A stretch of 63,711 nt of DNA, counting the filler, from Chiloscyllium plagiosum (taxonomy: Eukaryota), in NCBI RefSeq assembly GCF_004010195.1. It is 3 parts of one record of this genome, joined end to end, with 100 filler letters (N's around TTAATTAATTAA, not from the genome) between each part and the next. Parts side by side here need not be neighbours in the genome. Positions count along the whole stretch, not along the records: positions 1 to 27,764 come from NC_057713.1; 2 more parts are not named here. One strand, given 5' to 3'. Made by a program: the position numbers and the translations under genes. The notes under the pieces were generated by a model. The model had not been told where the DNA came from and ran no database searches. It worked only from the letters and a program-made list of their open reading frames with translations. Of the stretch, positions 12,549-24,839 are shown piece by piece. Positions within the stretch are counted from its first letter, which is position 1. Every line of letters starts with the position of its first letter.

Positions 12549-12906
12549 TGGAGCAGTACAGTGGCTCAGTGGCTAGCATTGCTGCCTCACAGTGCCAGGG
12601 ACCTGGCTTTGATTCCACCCTTGGGCCACTGTCAGTGTGGAGTTTGCACATTCTCCCCGTGTCTATGTGGGTTTTCTTTAGGTGCTCTGGTTTCCTCCCA
12701 CGGTCCAAAGATGTGCAGAGTAGGTGGATTGGCCAGGCTAAATTGTCCATAGTGTTCAGGGAGGTTTAGGCTAGGTGGGTTAGCCATGGGATATGTAGGG
12801 TTACAGGATAAAATAGGGGGTGGGTCTGGATGGGATGCTCTTCGGAGAGTCAGTATGGACAAGATGGGCCAAGTGGCCTGCTTCCACACTGTAGGATTTC
12901 TATCTA
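12549..12906 (+). mobile_element. HE1-type V-SINE
   Basis: A-box GTGGCTCAGTGG, decayed B-box, V-domain GTGTGGAGTTTGCACATTCTCCCCGTGTCT, CR1-like tail. Confidence 0.9.
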
Positions 12907-13870
12907 CCATATAAATGATTTGGGTGTTAAAATAGCAGGAGTGGTTGGTAAGTTTGCAGATGACAAGAAAATGGTTGGGTAGTGAACAGTGAAGAATATT
13001 ATCTCAGAGTATAATGGGATCCTAACCAAATGGACCAATGGGCCGAAGAATGGAGAATGGAGTTTAAGTTAAATAAATGCAAGGTGTTACATTTTGATAA
13101 GGCAAATCAAGGCAGGACTTATACACTTAATGGTAGGGACATGGAGAGTGTTGCCAAACAAAGAGATCTTGGAGTGCAGGTTCATAGTTTCTTGAAGGTG
13201 GAGTCACAGGTTGATAAGGTAGTGAAGAACTTGTTTGACATGCTTGCCTTTACTGGTCAGTGAGTATAGGAGTTGGGAGGTCATGCTGTAACTGTGCAGG
13301 ACATTGGTTGGGCCACTTTTGGAAAAGTGCGTTCAATTCTGGTTTACCTGCTATAGGGAGGATATTGTTAAACTTGAAAAGATGTAGAAAAGATTTACAA
13401 AGAGGTTGCCAGTTTGGAGGGTTTGAGCTATAGGGAGAGGCTAAATAGAGTAGGCTGTGATTATTTTCCCTAGAACTTCAGTGGCTGAGGGGTGACCATA
13501 TAGAGGTTTATAAAATCATGAGGGGCATGGATAGGGTGAATAGCTAAGGTATTTTTCCCAGAGTAGGGGAGTTCAAAACTAGAGGGCATTGGTTTGAAGT
13601 GAGAGGGGAAAGACTTAAGAAGAACCTAAAGGGTAACTTTTTCACACAGAGGGTGGTGTGTGAATGGAATGAGCAGCCAGAAGAAATGGTGAAGGCTGGT
13701 ACAATTATAACATTTAAAAGGCATCTGGATAGGTATATGAATTAGAAATGTTGAGATGGATTGGGCCAAATGCTGGCAAATGGGACTAGAGTAATTTAGC
13801 ATATATGGTCGGCATGGATGAGTTGGACCGAAGGGTCTGTTTCCATGCTGTCTGTCTCTATATATGATTT
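12907..13870 (+). mobile_element. CR1 LINE 3' fragment
   Basis: KFADD, WAEEWRMEFKLNKCKVLHF, RDLGVQVH; 3' UTR GGACCGAAGGGTCTGTTTCC. Confidence 0.9.
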
Positions 13871-13924
13871 TATGTATCAGACAAGGAATTTCACATGATA
13901 TTTGTTAACAAAGACCAAATGACT

Positions 13925-14300
13925 CGCCTTCACTAGTCTCTGGAGGAAACAATTTCAAAGATTAATAATCCAAAAGGAGAAATGCCTCATTTTCTCCAGC
14001 TTAAATGGGAGGCCACTAATTTTTAAACTGCTCCGCCAGTTTTAGATCCCTTCATGAAAGGCAGCATCCTTTCTGTATTTGTCCTGATAGGTCCCTGCAG
14101 AATCATAGATACTTTAACAAAATCACTCCTTGTTCTTCGGAACTCCAATGGGGATAATGTCGACCTGCTCAATGTTTCTCCTGATGGCAATCCATTCATC
14201 CCAGGAATCAGCCAGGTGACCCTCCAGTGAACTTCTTCCAAAATGATAAGCACATTCTCAAAAGCAGCAAAAGAAAAGTGGGAGCACAGTCTGGTGTCAC
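13925..14300 (-). mobile_element. Old CR1 LINE fragment
   Basis: ORF 14023-14415 contains LEEVHWRVTWLIPGMNGL...LEFRRTRSD (CR1 ORF2 C-terminus). Confidence 0.7.
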
Positions 14301-14464
14301 TAATGGGATCATTTTGAATTTGAATGTAAATGGAAGTTGGAAGAAGATGTGGAATGAAAGGACAATTGGAGAAAAATGAGGAAACCTGGGGGTGAAAACC
14401 CCCACTGTAATGCAACGATCAACTTTGTTTCTTTACAAGACTGTTCACCCGACTGACACCAGAG

Positions 14465-15178
14465 TGAAGCTTCAATATCATTGGTGGCAGTCTCATCCCT
14501 GGGTCAGAACATTGTGAGTTTAAGTTATGTAATGCCCAAACATCCAAGTGGAATTTTTTTTTTTTTTTAGATTAGATTACATTACAGTGTGGAAACAGGC
14601 CCTTCGGCCCAACAAGTCCACACCGACCCGCCGAAGCGAAACCAATCGATACCCCTACATTTACCCCTTACCTAGTACTAGGGGAATTTAGTATAGCCAA
14701 TTCACCTGACCCTGCACATCTTTGGACTGTGGGAGGAAACCGGAGCACCCGGAGGAAACCCACGCAGACACGGGGAGAACATGCAAACTCCACACAGTCA
14801 GTCGCCTGAGTCGGGAATTGAACCCGGGTCTCAGGCGCTGTGAGGCAGCAGTGCTAACCACTGTGCCACCGTGCTGCCCACGAATGTTATGCAGCCAGAG
14901 GTACCATCTGCTGCATGTGAGACTAAACTAAAGTCGTGTCATCACTCTTGCTTGAATAAGTGAGATCCCATTCAACTGTTCTCAAGAAGATCAGAGCAGC
15001 CTCCATGAAGTTGTAGCCAACATTATCCCACCGCCAAAACATATTATGATATTGCTGTGTGTAAATCAGTAGTTGTGTTTCCAACATTACAACAGTGATT
15101 ACACTTTAGGAATATTTCATTAGCTGTGAAGTGTTTTGGGCCATGTTGAGGTGATAAAACACACTATAGAAATGCAAG
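14465..15178 (+). mobile_element. SacSINE/Deu-type SINE interrupted by an HE1 SINE
   Basis: Head at 14465-14550; body and tail at 14880-15178 ending CACTATAGAAATGCAAG. Confidence 0.6.
14568..14879 (-). mobile_element. HE1-type V-SINE, young full-length copy
   Basis: Reverse complement has A-box GGTGGCACAGTGG, B-box GGTTCAATTCC and (AATCT)n tail. Confidence 0.92.
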
Positions 15179-16060
15179 TGTCACGATGGGCCAACAAAGA
15201 AGCACAGAAATTATTTCCATTCTCAATTTTCACACTCAAGCAGCAGTTCAGGGGTATAAACCCCCGTACTAGCAGCAGAAACAATAAGACCTGATCTCTA
15301 AGGTGTTCCAAGTTTGCTTTCTGAATCCTTCAGTGTCAGAATATTTGTTTTCTCTAGTTCTTTCTCAAAAGTCAGAAGCTCCTTCCCGGAGATTTTACAT
15401 CTGACATCTGAAAATTCGATAATGTAAACTGTACGGCGATGTCAAAGTATAGATATGCCTCATCTCCCCACACACACAAAAAACTTTTCAACAACAGCTG
15501 CATCAGTGCGGGTCTCGACTCAACTAAAAGACACTTGTGTAAGCAGAGCTCAAAGTGTACCCAAGGCTGACTATCCCACCTTGATGGTATCCACCACAGT
15601 CACAAGCTTTCACATTTACTCCATTTTACACCACAGCCCGTGTCTCAGAACAAGCGGCTGGAAATAAGATTTGATTTTCTCTTAAATGTTGAAATGAATA
15701 TTCACAGAACAAAGAGTCACTTCTTCTGTGTGAACGCCATGAGGTGGGAGAAATAAACTTCACATTTAGAATCCGTGAGCTGGCAGTAGACATTCTTCAT
15801 TCCAAAAGTCCCACAAATATTTCCATTGCTACAGCACTCTTATACATAGTTTAAACAGAAAACCCTTTCTGTCTCTGCGCTTTCAATATTACATCCCTAG
15901 GGCCATTCTGTACTAATTCTCAAAGTTAGACTTTTATTAACCCTCCTAAACCTTCCACTCTGACACAGCATGGTTTCCTTTTCTCTTGAAGATGCTAGCT
16001 TACTCCAGGAAATAATTCCATTTCTGAGACCTGAAACTGGATAAGTACTGGCGGGTGACA
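15179..16060. mobile_element. Candidate solo LTR
   Basis: Bounded by TGTCAC...GTGACA and truncates the adjacent SINE tail exactly at 15178; no matching TSD seen. Confidence 0.35.
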
Positions 16061-16499
16061 GAACCATTCATCCCAAGACTCACATGATGTCCATTCACAC
16101 ACACTGACACACACTGACACACACTGCTTTTCTCAATGAGGTTAAATGGCAATCAGGTGTGGGATCATAAAGAACAAGAACATCAATAGTATCTCTGGTC
16201 TATAAAGCTTCCTAAGATATTTTATAGGAATGATTTTTTGTACCAAATTAACAAGGAGATACATAAGAAATATATTAACATAGAAATATAGATAAATAGG
16301 AGCAGGCATTTGAACCTTTGAGCCTGGTACACCATTCATTATGATCATGGTTGATCATCCAACTCTGGGTGTTTATCAGTCTTTAATATTAGGATATATT
16401 TGGGCAAGTGGCCAATAGCTTGAGCAAAGAGGTGGGTTTAAAGGAGCTTCTTAAAAGGAAGAGAGGGAGATAAGCAGTGAAAATTCTGGAGAAAATTCC

Positions 16500-16800
16500 A
16501 GTGGTGCACACTGAGGGTAAGATTGCTGTTATTGAGATCAGCTGCTTTTGTGAGGCTCCTATTGCCCTGTCAGGCGGATGTGTAAGATATCTTTGGTTTT
16601 GTTTTGAAGAAGAGCACAGAGTCTCCCCTGACATCCTGCCATTATTTATCCCTCGATCAGTATTATTGACTCAAGTGTTCTAGTTGTTATAACATTGCTA
16701 TTTGTAGGAGTTTAAGTGTAGTTTAGCTGCCATGTGTTCTACACTACAACAGTGATGGCACTGCAAAAGTGTTTCAGTTCCTGCAAAGCAACTGGCGCGT
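16500..16800 (+). mobile_element. SacSINE/Deu-type SINE fragment
   Basis: TTTGAAGAAGAGCA...ATTTATCCCTC...ACATTGCT...ACAACAGTGA motifs shared with other copies. Confidence 0.55.
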
Positions 16801-19334
16801 TCCAGAACAGCATGCTTCAAGTAGTGTGTCATGCTGTAAATGATGCCAGTTAAGATGGATCTGAGTTCTTTATTCCCATATGTCGTGTGCTATGAAACAG
16901 TGATGATATAAAGAGCATATCTCTTAAAGGCATACTAATCATGAGACATAAAACAACACCCTCCATGGCAAGCACAGTTCTAACTTGCAAAGATATTGTT
17001 GTTCCTTTGCCGTGATCAGGACAACAACCTGACAACTGTGGCTCGAAAGGGTGGCTTACTGCTACCATTGCCAGGGAAATTAGGAATGGGCAATAAATGC
17101 CAGTTTAGAAATTGAGACCCACATCCCATGAACAAATAAAATAAATGCCTTCTTCAATGTACTTTTAAAGTTCAAGTTCTATCCATTTTATAGCTAGATT
17201 TTGGTTCACATTAAGTTTATTATTTTAGAAAACAATTTTTTTTTCCATTCAGAACTCTGCTAACCATATTCAAACTCACACCCAGTCATGTTCACTCATT
17301 GTTCCTGTGTTCACTGACCCTCACTGACTCCTGGTCATACAACATAGCGATTTTAGTGTTCTCAGTGTTTTCAAATCCCTCAATGTCCTTGCAAATCCCC
17401 AGCCCCATTGCTGCAGTCCTATAATCCTCCGACATCACTACACCACTCCAATTCTGGCCTTTTTATTACGTCAAGTCCTTTTGCTGCATCGTTTGTGGTC
17501 ATGCCTTCAGCAGGCCCTATGCCCTGGAATTCCCTCCTAAATCACTCCAGCTCTTTAATTAAGGAGCTTTTGTTTTGCAACAGTTTCTGTGAAGTGCCAG
17601 GGGATGTTTATTATGTGAAAGGTGCCATATAAGTACAAATTGTTGTTGCTTATCTCTCTTGTTGCTGTGACTTTCTAAATCTGGAATTGGATCAAAATAA
17701 AGGGAATTTCTTTGATTTTGAACCATGATGTAATCCAATGAATTTGCTGAATTAATATCCTTGAAACATCCTTGTCTTCAATAATGGCAAAGCCCAAACT
17801 AAAATCAATTATAAGTTTGAAATCAGCTTCATACTTTGTAATTGTGTCATCCCAACATGTATTCAACCATCCAGTGTTTGTGTGGAGCTGTTGACCACTC
17901 TGCCTGTTTTGTGGGTGTGGTTACAGAGAAAGAGAAACTGAAAGTAAGCTGATAACTGCAGACATTTTAAGAAAGTGTTGGAATAAACTCTGGTTCACAT
18001 GTAGCACCTGGCATATGTTCTGTCTGCATATATTCAAGGTATAAACCACAACATCAACCATTTGTCCTTTGAAGGCCTAATTTTACTTCATTGCATTTCA
18101 TTATCCTCCGGTGTTCTTATCCTCTGCTGTAACTTTAGATAAAATACCAAGAAAATTCATACTTTGGTTGATTCCGAATACACATCTGAAATTGACAAGG
18201 TGTTAATTAGGAAATAGTTGAACATTGTGAGATGTGTTGTCCGTTGATTATATATAGTTTTGTCACTATCCGTCTAATCCGAGCTCGACTGTTCTTCTGC
18301 AACACGTCAGCAATGCTTGCCAGAGGGAATCTTTCAGTCTGCAGTCTGAATGAATGGCTTTAAAATAACCAGGCAGTGAGCCCAGAGGTGGTGGTTTAAC
18401 CCGAATGGAACTCTATACACTAAAGAACTGCAAAGAGCTCTAGATCCTCCTGCCTGAGTCATATTATTGCTGCTTGCTGAATCAAGTTTAGTATGACAGA
18501 TATGATAGCTGAGAGCTTATGATTAACTATATACATAGGGAATTAATTTGTTCCTAACTCACAGACCATAAGAAATTCTATTTTCTTCCATTCCTGTCAA
18601 CTAACAGATTTCATGGAAGTAGAGTGTATTCTAATTGAGCAGCCAAACAATGTGCACCCTTAATGCAGTTACTGGATAGTATTACATAGTCCCAGATTGT
18701 TATCATCCAGTAGGTTCTGCCAAAGATGCTTGAGGTCAAATGGGACGAGAGAACAATGGTGGTTACATGTTAAATAAAGGTTAATTGGTTGGGACTCGAC
18801 TGGGTGTATTACAGGGAACAGGTAATCTTTTTTTGCTGGTGTTTTGTGATGTGTGAGTAGGAATAAAACTCTGACGAGAAATGTACCTGAATCCTGAATA
18901 GCCAACATTTAACCTATCTTGTTTAACACAAATATTCCAGCCTCCGAATCATTGTAGGAGGAACTACCCGGGATATTTGAACTGTTAATGAGCAATCCCC
19001 CGCTCCCTGGTATTTATCTAGCCTCCCCATAAATATACAGGTTCAATTCACTTCACCTCCATTTTCACTGCTATTGGGGGTAAAGTCAGTTTTCCTGAAT
19101 TCCCCTTGGATTTATTATTGACTGTATTATAGCAACGGCTTCTCATTGTGCTTTTCCCCATATGTGGAGCCACCTTCTCTAACTATGTCCTATTGTTGTG
19201 GTTGGGGATCAGAAAACTGTAACTCCTGTTACCTTCGGTTTCCATGTTTAACCAGTGAATCTTTTTGAAAAAGGAAGATGTGTGGGTTTTTGAAGCCCCA
19301 GATATGTGGTCAGTTTGAATAACTGGCAGCAGGT

Positions 19335-21220
19335 AGTCATAGAGTCGTAGAGTTATAGAGATGTACAGCACAGAAACAGACCCTTCTGCCAACCCATCCA
19401 TGCCAACCAGATATCCTAACCCAATCTAGTCCGACCTGCCTGCACCCGGCCCATATCCCTCTAAACCCTTCGTATTCATATACCCATCCAAATGCCTCTT
19501 AAATGTTGCAATTGTACCAGCCTCCACCACCTCCTCTGGCGGCTCATTCCATACATTACCACCCTCTGCATGAAAAAGTTGCCCTTTAGGTCTCTTCTAT
19601 ATCTTTCCCCTCTCACCCTAAACCTATGCCCTCGAGTTCTGGACTCCAGCACCACATTTTTCAACTCTGGTCTCCAGCATCTGCAGTCCTCACTTTCCCC
19701 GACCCCAGGGAAAAGATTTTGTCTATTTATCCTATCCATGTCCCTCATAATTTTATCAACCTCTATAAGGTCACCCCTCAGCCTCCGACACTCCAGGGAA
19801 AACAGCCCCAGTCTGGTCAGCCTCTCCCTATAGCTCAAATCCTCCAACCCTGGCAACATTCTTGTAAATCTTTTCTGAACCCTTTCATGTTTCACAACAT
19901 CTTTCCGATAGGAAGGAGGTCAGAATTGCACGCAATATTTCAACAGTGGTCTAACCAATATCCTGTACAGCCATAACATGACCTCCCAACTCCTGTACTC
20001 AATACTCTGACCAATAAAGGAAAGCATACCAAACGCCGTCTTCACTATCCTATCTATCTGCGACTCCACTTTCAAGGAGCTATGAACTTGCATTCCAAGA
20101 TCGCTTTGTTCAGTAACACTCCCTCGGACTTTACCATTAAGTGTGTAATTCCCATTAAGGTTTACTTTCCCAAAATGCAGCGCCTCACATTTATCTAAAT
20201 TAACTCCGTCTGCCACTTCTCAGACCATTGGCCCATCTGGTCCAGATCCTGTTGTAATCTAAGGTAACCCTCTTCGCTGTTCACGACACTTCCAATTTTG
20301 GTGTCATCTGCAAACTTACTAAATATAACTCCTGTGTTCACATCCAAATCATTTAGATAAATGATGAAAAGTAGTGAATCATGTTTGTGAAACATGATTG
20401 TCCACACACAAAGCCGTGTTGACTATCCCTAATCAGTCCTTGCCTTACCAAATACATGTACATCCTGTCTCTCAGGATTCCCTCCAACAACTTGCCCACC
20501 ACCAAGGTCAGGCTCACTGGTCTATACTTCCCTGGCTTATCTTTACCGCCCTTCTTAAACAGTTGCACCACGTTTGCCAACCTCAAGTCTTCCGGCACCT
20601 CACCTGTGACTATCGATGATACAAATATCTCAGCAAGAGGTCCAGCAATCACTTCTCTAGCTTCCCACAGAGCTCTAGGGTACACCTGATCAGGTCCTGG
20701 GGATTTATCCACTTTTGTGTGTTTCAAGACATCCAGCACTTCCTCCTCTGTAATATGAACATGTTTCAAGATGTCACCATCTATTTCCCTATATTCTATA
20801 TCTTCCATGTCCTTCTCCACAGTAAACACTGATGCAAAATACTCATTTAGTATCTCCTCCAGTTCCACACGAAGGCCACCTTGCCGACCTCTCCCTCGTT
20901 ACCCTTCTGTCCTTAATGTATTTGTAAAAACCCTTTGGATTCTCCTTAACTCTATTTGCCAAAGCTATCGCATGTCCCCTTTTTGCCCTCCTGATTTCTC
21001 TCTTAAGTATACTCCTACTGCCTTTATTCTCTTCTAAGGATTCACTCGATCTATCCTGTCTATACCTGACATATGCTTCCTTCTTTTTCTTAACCAAATC
21101 CTCAATTTCTTTAGTCATCCAGCATTCCCTACACCTACCAGCCTTTCCTTTCACCCTGACAGGAATACACTGTCTCTACATTCTTGTTATCTCAGTTCTG
21201 AAGGTTTCCCATTTTCCAGC
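19335..21220 (-). mobile_element. CR1 LINE ORF2 fragment with internal deletion
   Basis: ORFs with ILNEYFASVF, KSPGPDQVYPR, YRPVSLT, QHGF, FADDTK, ERVQKRFTRMLPGL; (CTCTATGA)-type tail at 19335-19360. Confidence 0.95.
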
Positions 21221-21894
21221 CTCGTTTTGCTAAATTTCAAGCTTGGAGCTGGTAAGTCTAGGAGTCCATAGATTTTGGCTTTTGGGTAAGTCCACAAATA
21301 AAAGGAGATCTGAATTCCACAAATGGTTTTGTTTTGAGAGAATATTCAACCATGGTCATTAAATTAGGAACTCATCAGAGACTAGAGATATTTTTGAGTC
21401 TATGAAAAATCACTTGATCCTTCACAACTAACTTTGATGTCCAGCTTTTTGAAAGAAAAGTCAGTTCCATAATAGCCTGTTGAGAACACTGATCACTTCT
21501 AAAGTTATGAATATAGAATTTGTGTAATTTTTGGGGGTAACAATAACTGATCGTGTAAGACTGATGAGATTGTGAATTGAACAGGAAGGTCATAGTGCAA
21601 CATGATTTCATAAGGGGTGGGCAGGGTATAAAGCTTTCCATCTGTTGCAAAATAAGTTCGTAGTCACCAGAAATAAAACTTAATGCCCTCAGCCAGAGCG
21701 TTCTGCAGATTGGCTGAACTGGCTGACGATAGGACTTCCATCTCAGTCCTGGCTGACATGCACAAGACTTGGTGCCGCAACAGGATTCCAATCCAGTGTC
21801 AAATTCTGTACAAAAATCTGTAAAGCACCTTGGGATGTTATTCTATATTATGCACTTGCATCTAAATGAATTCAATTTGCTGTTGCCAACAGAG

Positions 21895-22215
21895 TAGATT
21901 AGATTAGATTCCTTACAGTGTGGAAACAGGCCCTTTGGCCCAACCAGACCACACCGACCCTCTGAAAAACAACCCACCCAGACACATTTCCCTCTGACTA
22001 ATACACCTAACACTATGGGCAATTTAGCATGGCCAATTCACCTGAATTGCACATCTATGGACTGTGGGAGGAAACCAGAGCCCTCAGAGGAAACCCACGC
22101 AGACATGGGGAGAACGTGCAAACTCTACACAGACAGTCGCCCGAGGCTGGAATCGAACTCGGGCCCCTGGCACTGTGAGGCTGCAGTGCTAACCACTGAG
22201 CCACCATGCCGCCCC
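21895..22215 (-). mobile_element. HE1-type V-SINE
   Basis: A-box GGTGGCTCAGTGG, B-box GTTCGATTCC, V-domain and tail. Confidence 0.92.
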
Positions 22216-23299
22216 AATCTTCATCAACTTCAAGATAGATAAGACTATTGAGATGAGGTGAAGATTGGCATGACAGATTCAGCATGCGAATCCAAAGCTA
22301 TTGATAGCAGTGACCTACAGGATTGTATATTTAGTTGTACCTTCTGAAAAAACCAGCTCTGTGTAAAATCCACCCTTTACTTCCATACATTGCCAAATCT
22401 TCAATCTGCTTCAATTTAAATCTCATCGACAAATTATTAAATATCTTTTCTCTGTCGACCACTTCAAAGAATGTATCACCCAGACAGTATTATGATGTTG
22501 TAACAATGAGTCATTGCCCTGGATCACTTGTACACATGTTGAGTTTCTAATTGTAACATGTGCAGCATAATTTTCCCAGACACTGAACAACATGGGCAAT
22601 GGCAAGAAACCTGGGAGAACTCCATGAGGATCGGCAATAAGGAGACATCAAGAGCTCAAGTCCCAGTTTTCAATCAAGCATTGAATGAGGGGGACAAGAT
22701 TCTTGCTAGTGAGTAGCGAGACGCCTATTTGAGTACATTGCCATGTATTAACATCCTCATTGTAACATTATGTTGCCTCATTGAGATGCAATTTTCCATG
22801 CTTCCTTCCATTGGATGAAAACTAAATGGCAACAATGCCCAACACCAAAATTAAAGGAGTAACTAGCTCATTGCTTGCTCCTCTGATCATCCATCATAGA
22901 CACCAATCAGCTACATCTCAGGGCACTCGCTATGGGCAGTGACTGCAAGCATCCACAATCTAGCAAGACCTTCACATTCCCATTCATAGAGTGAGCTAGC
23001 GGTTACCCTCACTTCAAAGTGGCTGGGGCAATTGACAGGAACTGTGCAGGATATCTGCAGACTGTCTATGCTTGACCAGATGCATGACTGAGTTTTAAAA
23101 ATGATGCTTGTGCTGAGAATCCCAGGACTTCCTGGTAGTGGGCAACAGTTTCACATATGGCAAGTAGGAGAACATGATGAATTGGGTGCCATTGGAGTCT
23201 GATGGATATGTGATGAGGTGTGCTTGGTAAGATGGTGTGAGAAAATCCACTAGGGCATATCAAGAGAAATGCTTCATGTACCTCACCAAGATTGATTTC

Positions 23300-24290
23300 T
23301 GGTAAAATTCAGCACAACGTTTGTTTTTAAGATAAGACATGCAGCTCCAGGATGACTATAGATTAAATTTCGTGGCTGTCTGGAGTAAGAGACACCCTTG
23401 AATGTCACACCTGACGAGTTGTCAAAGAAGGGATGGACTTAAAAGAGATAAAGGCCTTACAAACTGAAGTGTGATCTCCTGGGATGCATTTCAGATCATG
23501 AACATGATGGAAGAAAGACAGCACTCTGAGTGAGAGACACGTGTTATAGCTTCCATTTTTAAGAAGCCATGAGAACAGGGTTAGAAGCCAGATCAACCTG
23601 TTTGCATGGGTGCAAGATGGTCTGTTCATATGTTCATAGTGATGGAAGGGTGCTAGTGAGCTGAAGTTATCATATGTACTTGCTTAAGTTCAAGCATCAG
23701 TTTGTTGTGAAAGTCACAGTGAAGAATGACTCACAGGTAACCTCGACATTGCAGGTATGGAACTCTCTTATTCTGGGTGCGAGAAGCCGGTTAACCAGCA
23801 AGCTAGTCAAAGTGAAGCAACACCAAAAGATATTAACTAACCTGTAAAGTGAAGAATCCCGCAATTAACTGTTAAACTTTAAGGTTCCACTATCTACTCT
23901 TGGCAAACAACCCGTAGAGATTGATCCATGTAACTTTTATCCTTCTTTGAACTCATTTTTCATTTCTAGTCTGTGTGCATGTGCACTGAATTGTTACTTC
24001 TGGTTGTAGTTAGTCACCAGTAACCAGACCCTCTTGGTGACTTCTGAAATCCTGGTGAAATGAGCTCCTTTCAAAACATGAGTTAATTTGCTTTAAGTGA
24101 TAGTTCTTGTTCTGGGAAAAAGGTAACCACAAAGGAGAGGATCATTTGTAAATTAAACTTGTTGTGACCAATAGAGGGGGCAGGCAGGTGAATAAAGAAG
24201 TGGTATCAATTAATCCATCCTAGTAATTCAACAAATGGAATATCCTATCTGGAACTGTAATAACTTGGAGAACCCTGTTATAATATTGAG
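23300..24290 (+). mobile_element. Possible LTR-like repeat
   Basis: Non-coding block with late AATAAA, ending ...TGTAATAAC followed by TTGG; impression only, boundaries uncertain. Confidence 0.2.
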
Positions 24291-24760
24291 AATTAGAAGA
24301 ATCGTGTTACTTGCATGGAAAAAGTGCTTGGCAGATGTTTAGTTTCAAACAGGAAAAAGCCATGGGTCACTTTAATTAGGAAGACTAGATACACAAGCGG
24401 GTAAAACACCTATTGGACTATAACCTGGTGTTGTGTGATTTTTAACTCTAAATACAGATGCAGTTAATACTTGGAATTTATAGCAGAGATATAGGCTGTT
24501 TACACCATCCAATCCATGCTGGTGTTTTTCCTTCACATGAACCTCTTCTGACTCTAGCCCATCTCAATGCATCAGCATATCCTTCCTATTTTTCTAATCA
24601 ATCTGTTCAGAGAGATTCCTTCCCCAATGTAATATGATCCCATGTCATTGAATTGTGTCACAGTGAATAATGATTTGGAGATGCCGGTGTTGGACTGGGG
24701 TGTACAAAGTTAAAAATCACACAACACCAGGTTATAGTCCAACAGGTTTAATTGGAAGCA

Positions 24761-24795
24761 CACTAGCTTTCGGAGCGACGCTCCTTCATCAGGTG
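24761..24795 (-). ncRNA. Minimal hammerhead ribozyme (family C)
   Basis: Reverse complement CAC CUGAUGA A GGAGC GUC GCUCC GAAA G CUA GUG: perfect stems I and II, CUA triplet. Confidence 0.8.
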
Positions 24796-24804
24796 GTTAA
24801 CAAC

Positions 24805-24839
24805 TACCTGATGAAGGAGCGTCACTCCGAAAGCTAGTG
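24805..24839 (+). ncRNA. Minimal hammerhead ribozyme (family C)
   Basis: TAC CTGATGA A GGAGC GTC ACTCC GAAA G CTA GTG. Confidence 0.75.

Noticed and set aside
12549..12620. tRNA-like A/B-box sequences (several sites)
   Set aside because: They are SINE heads continuous with SINE bodies, not tRNA genes.
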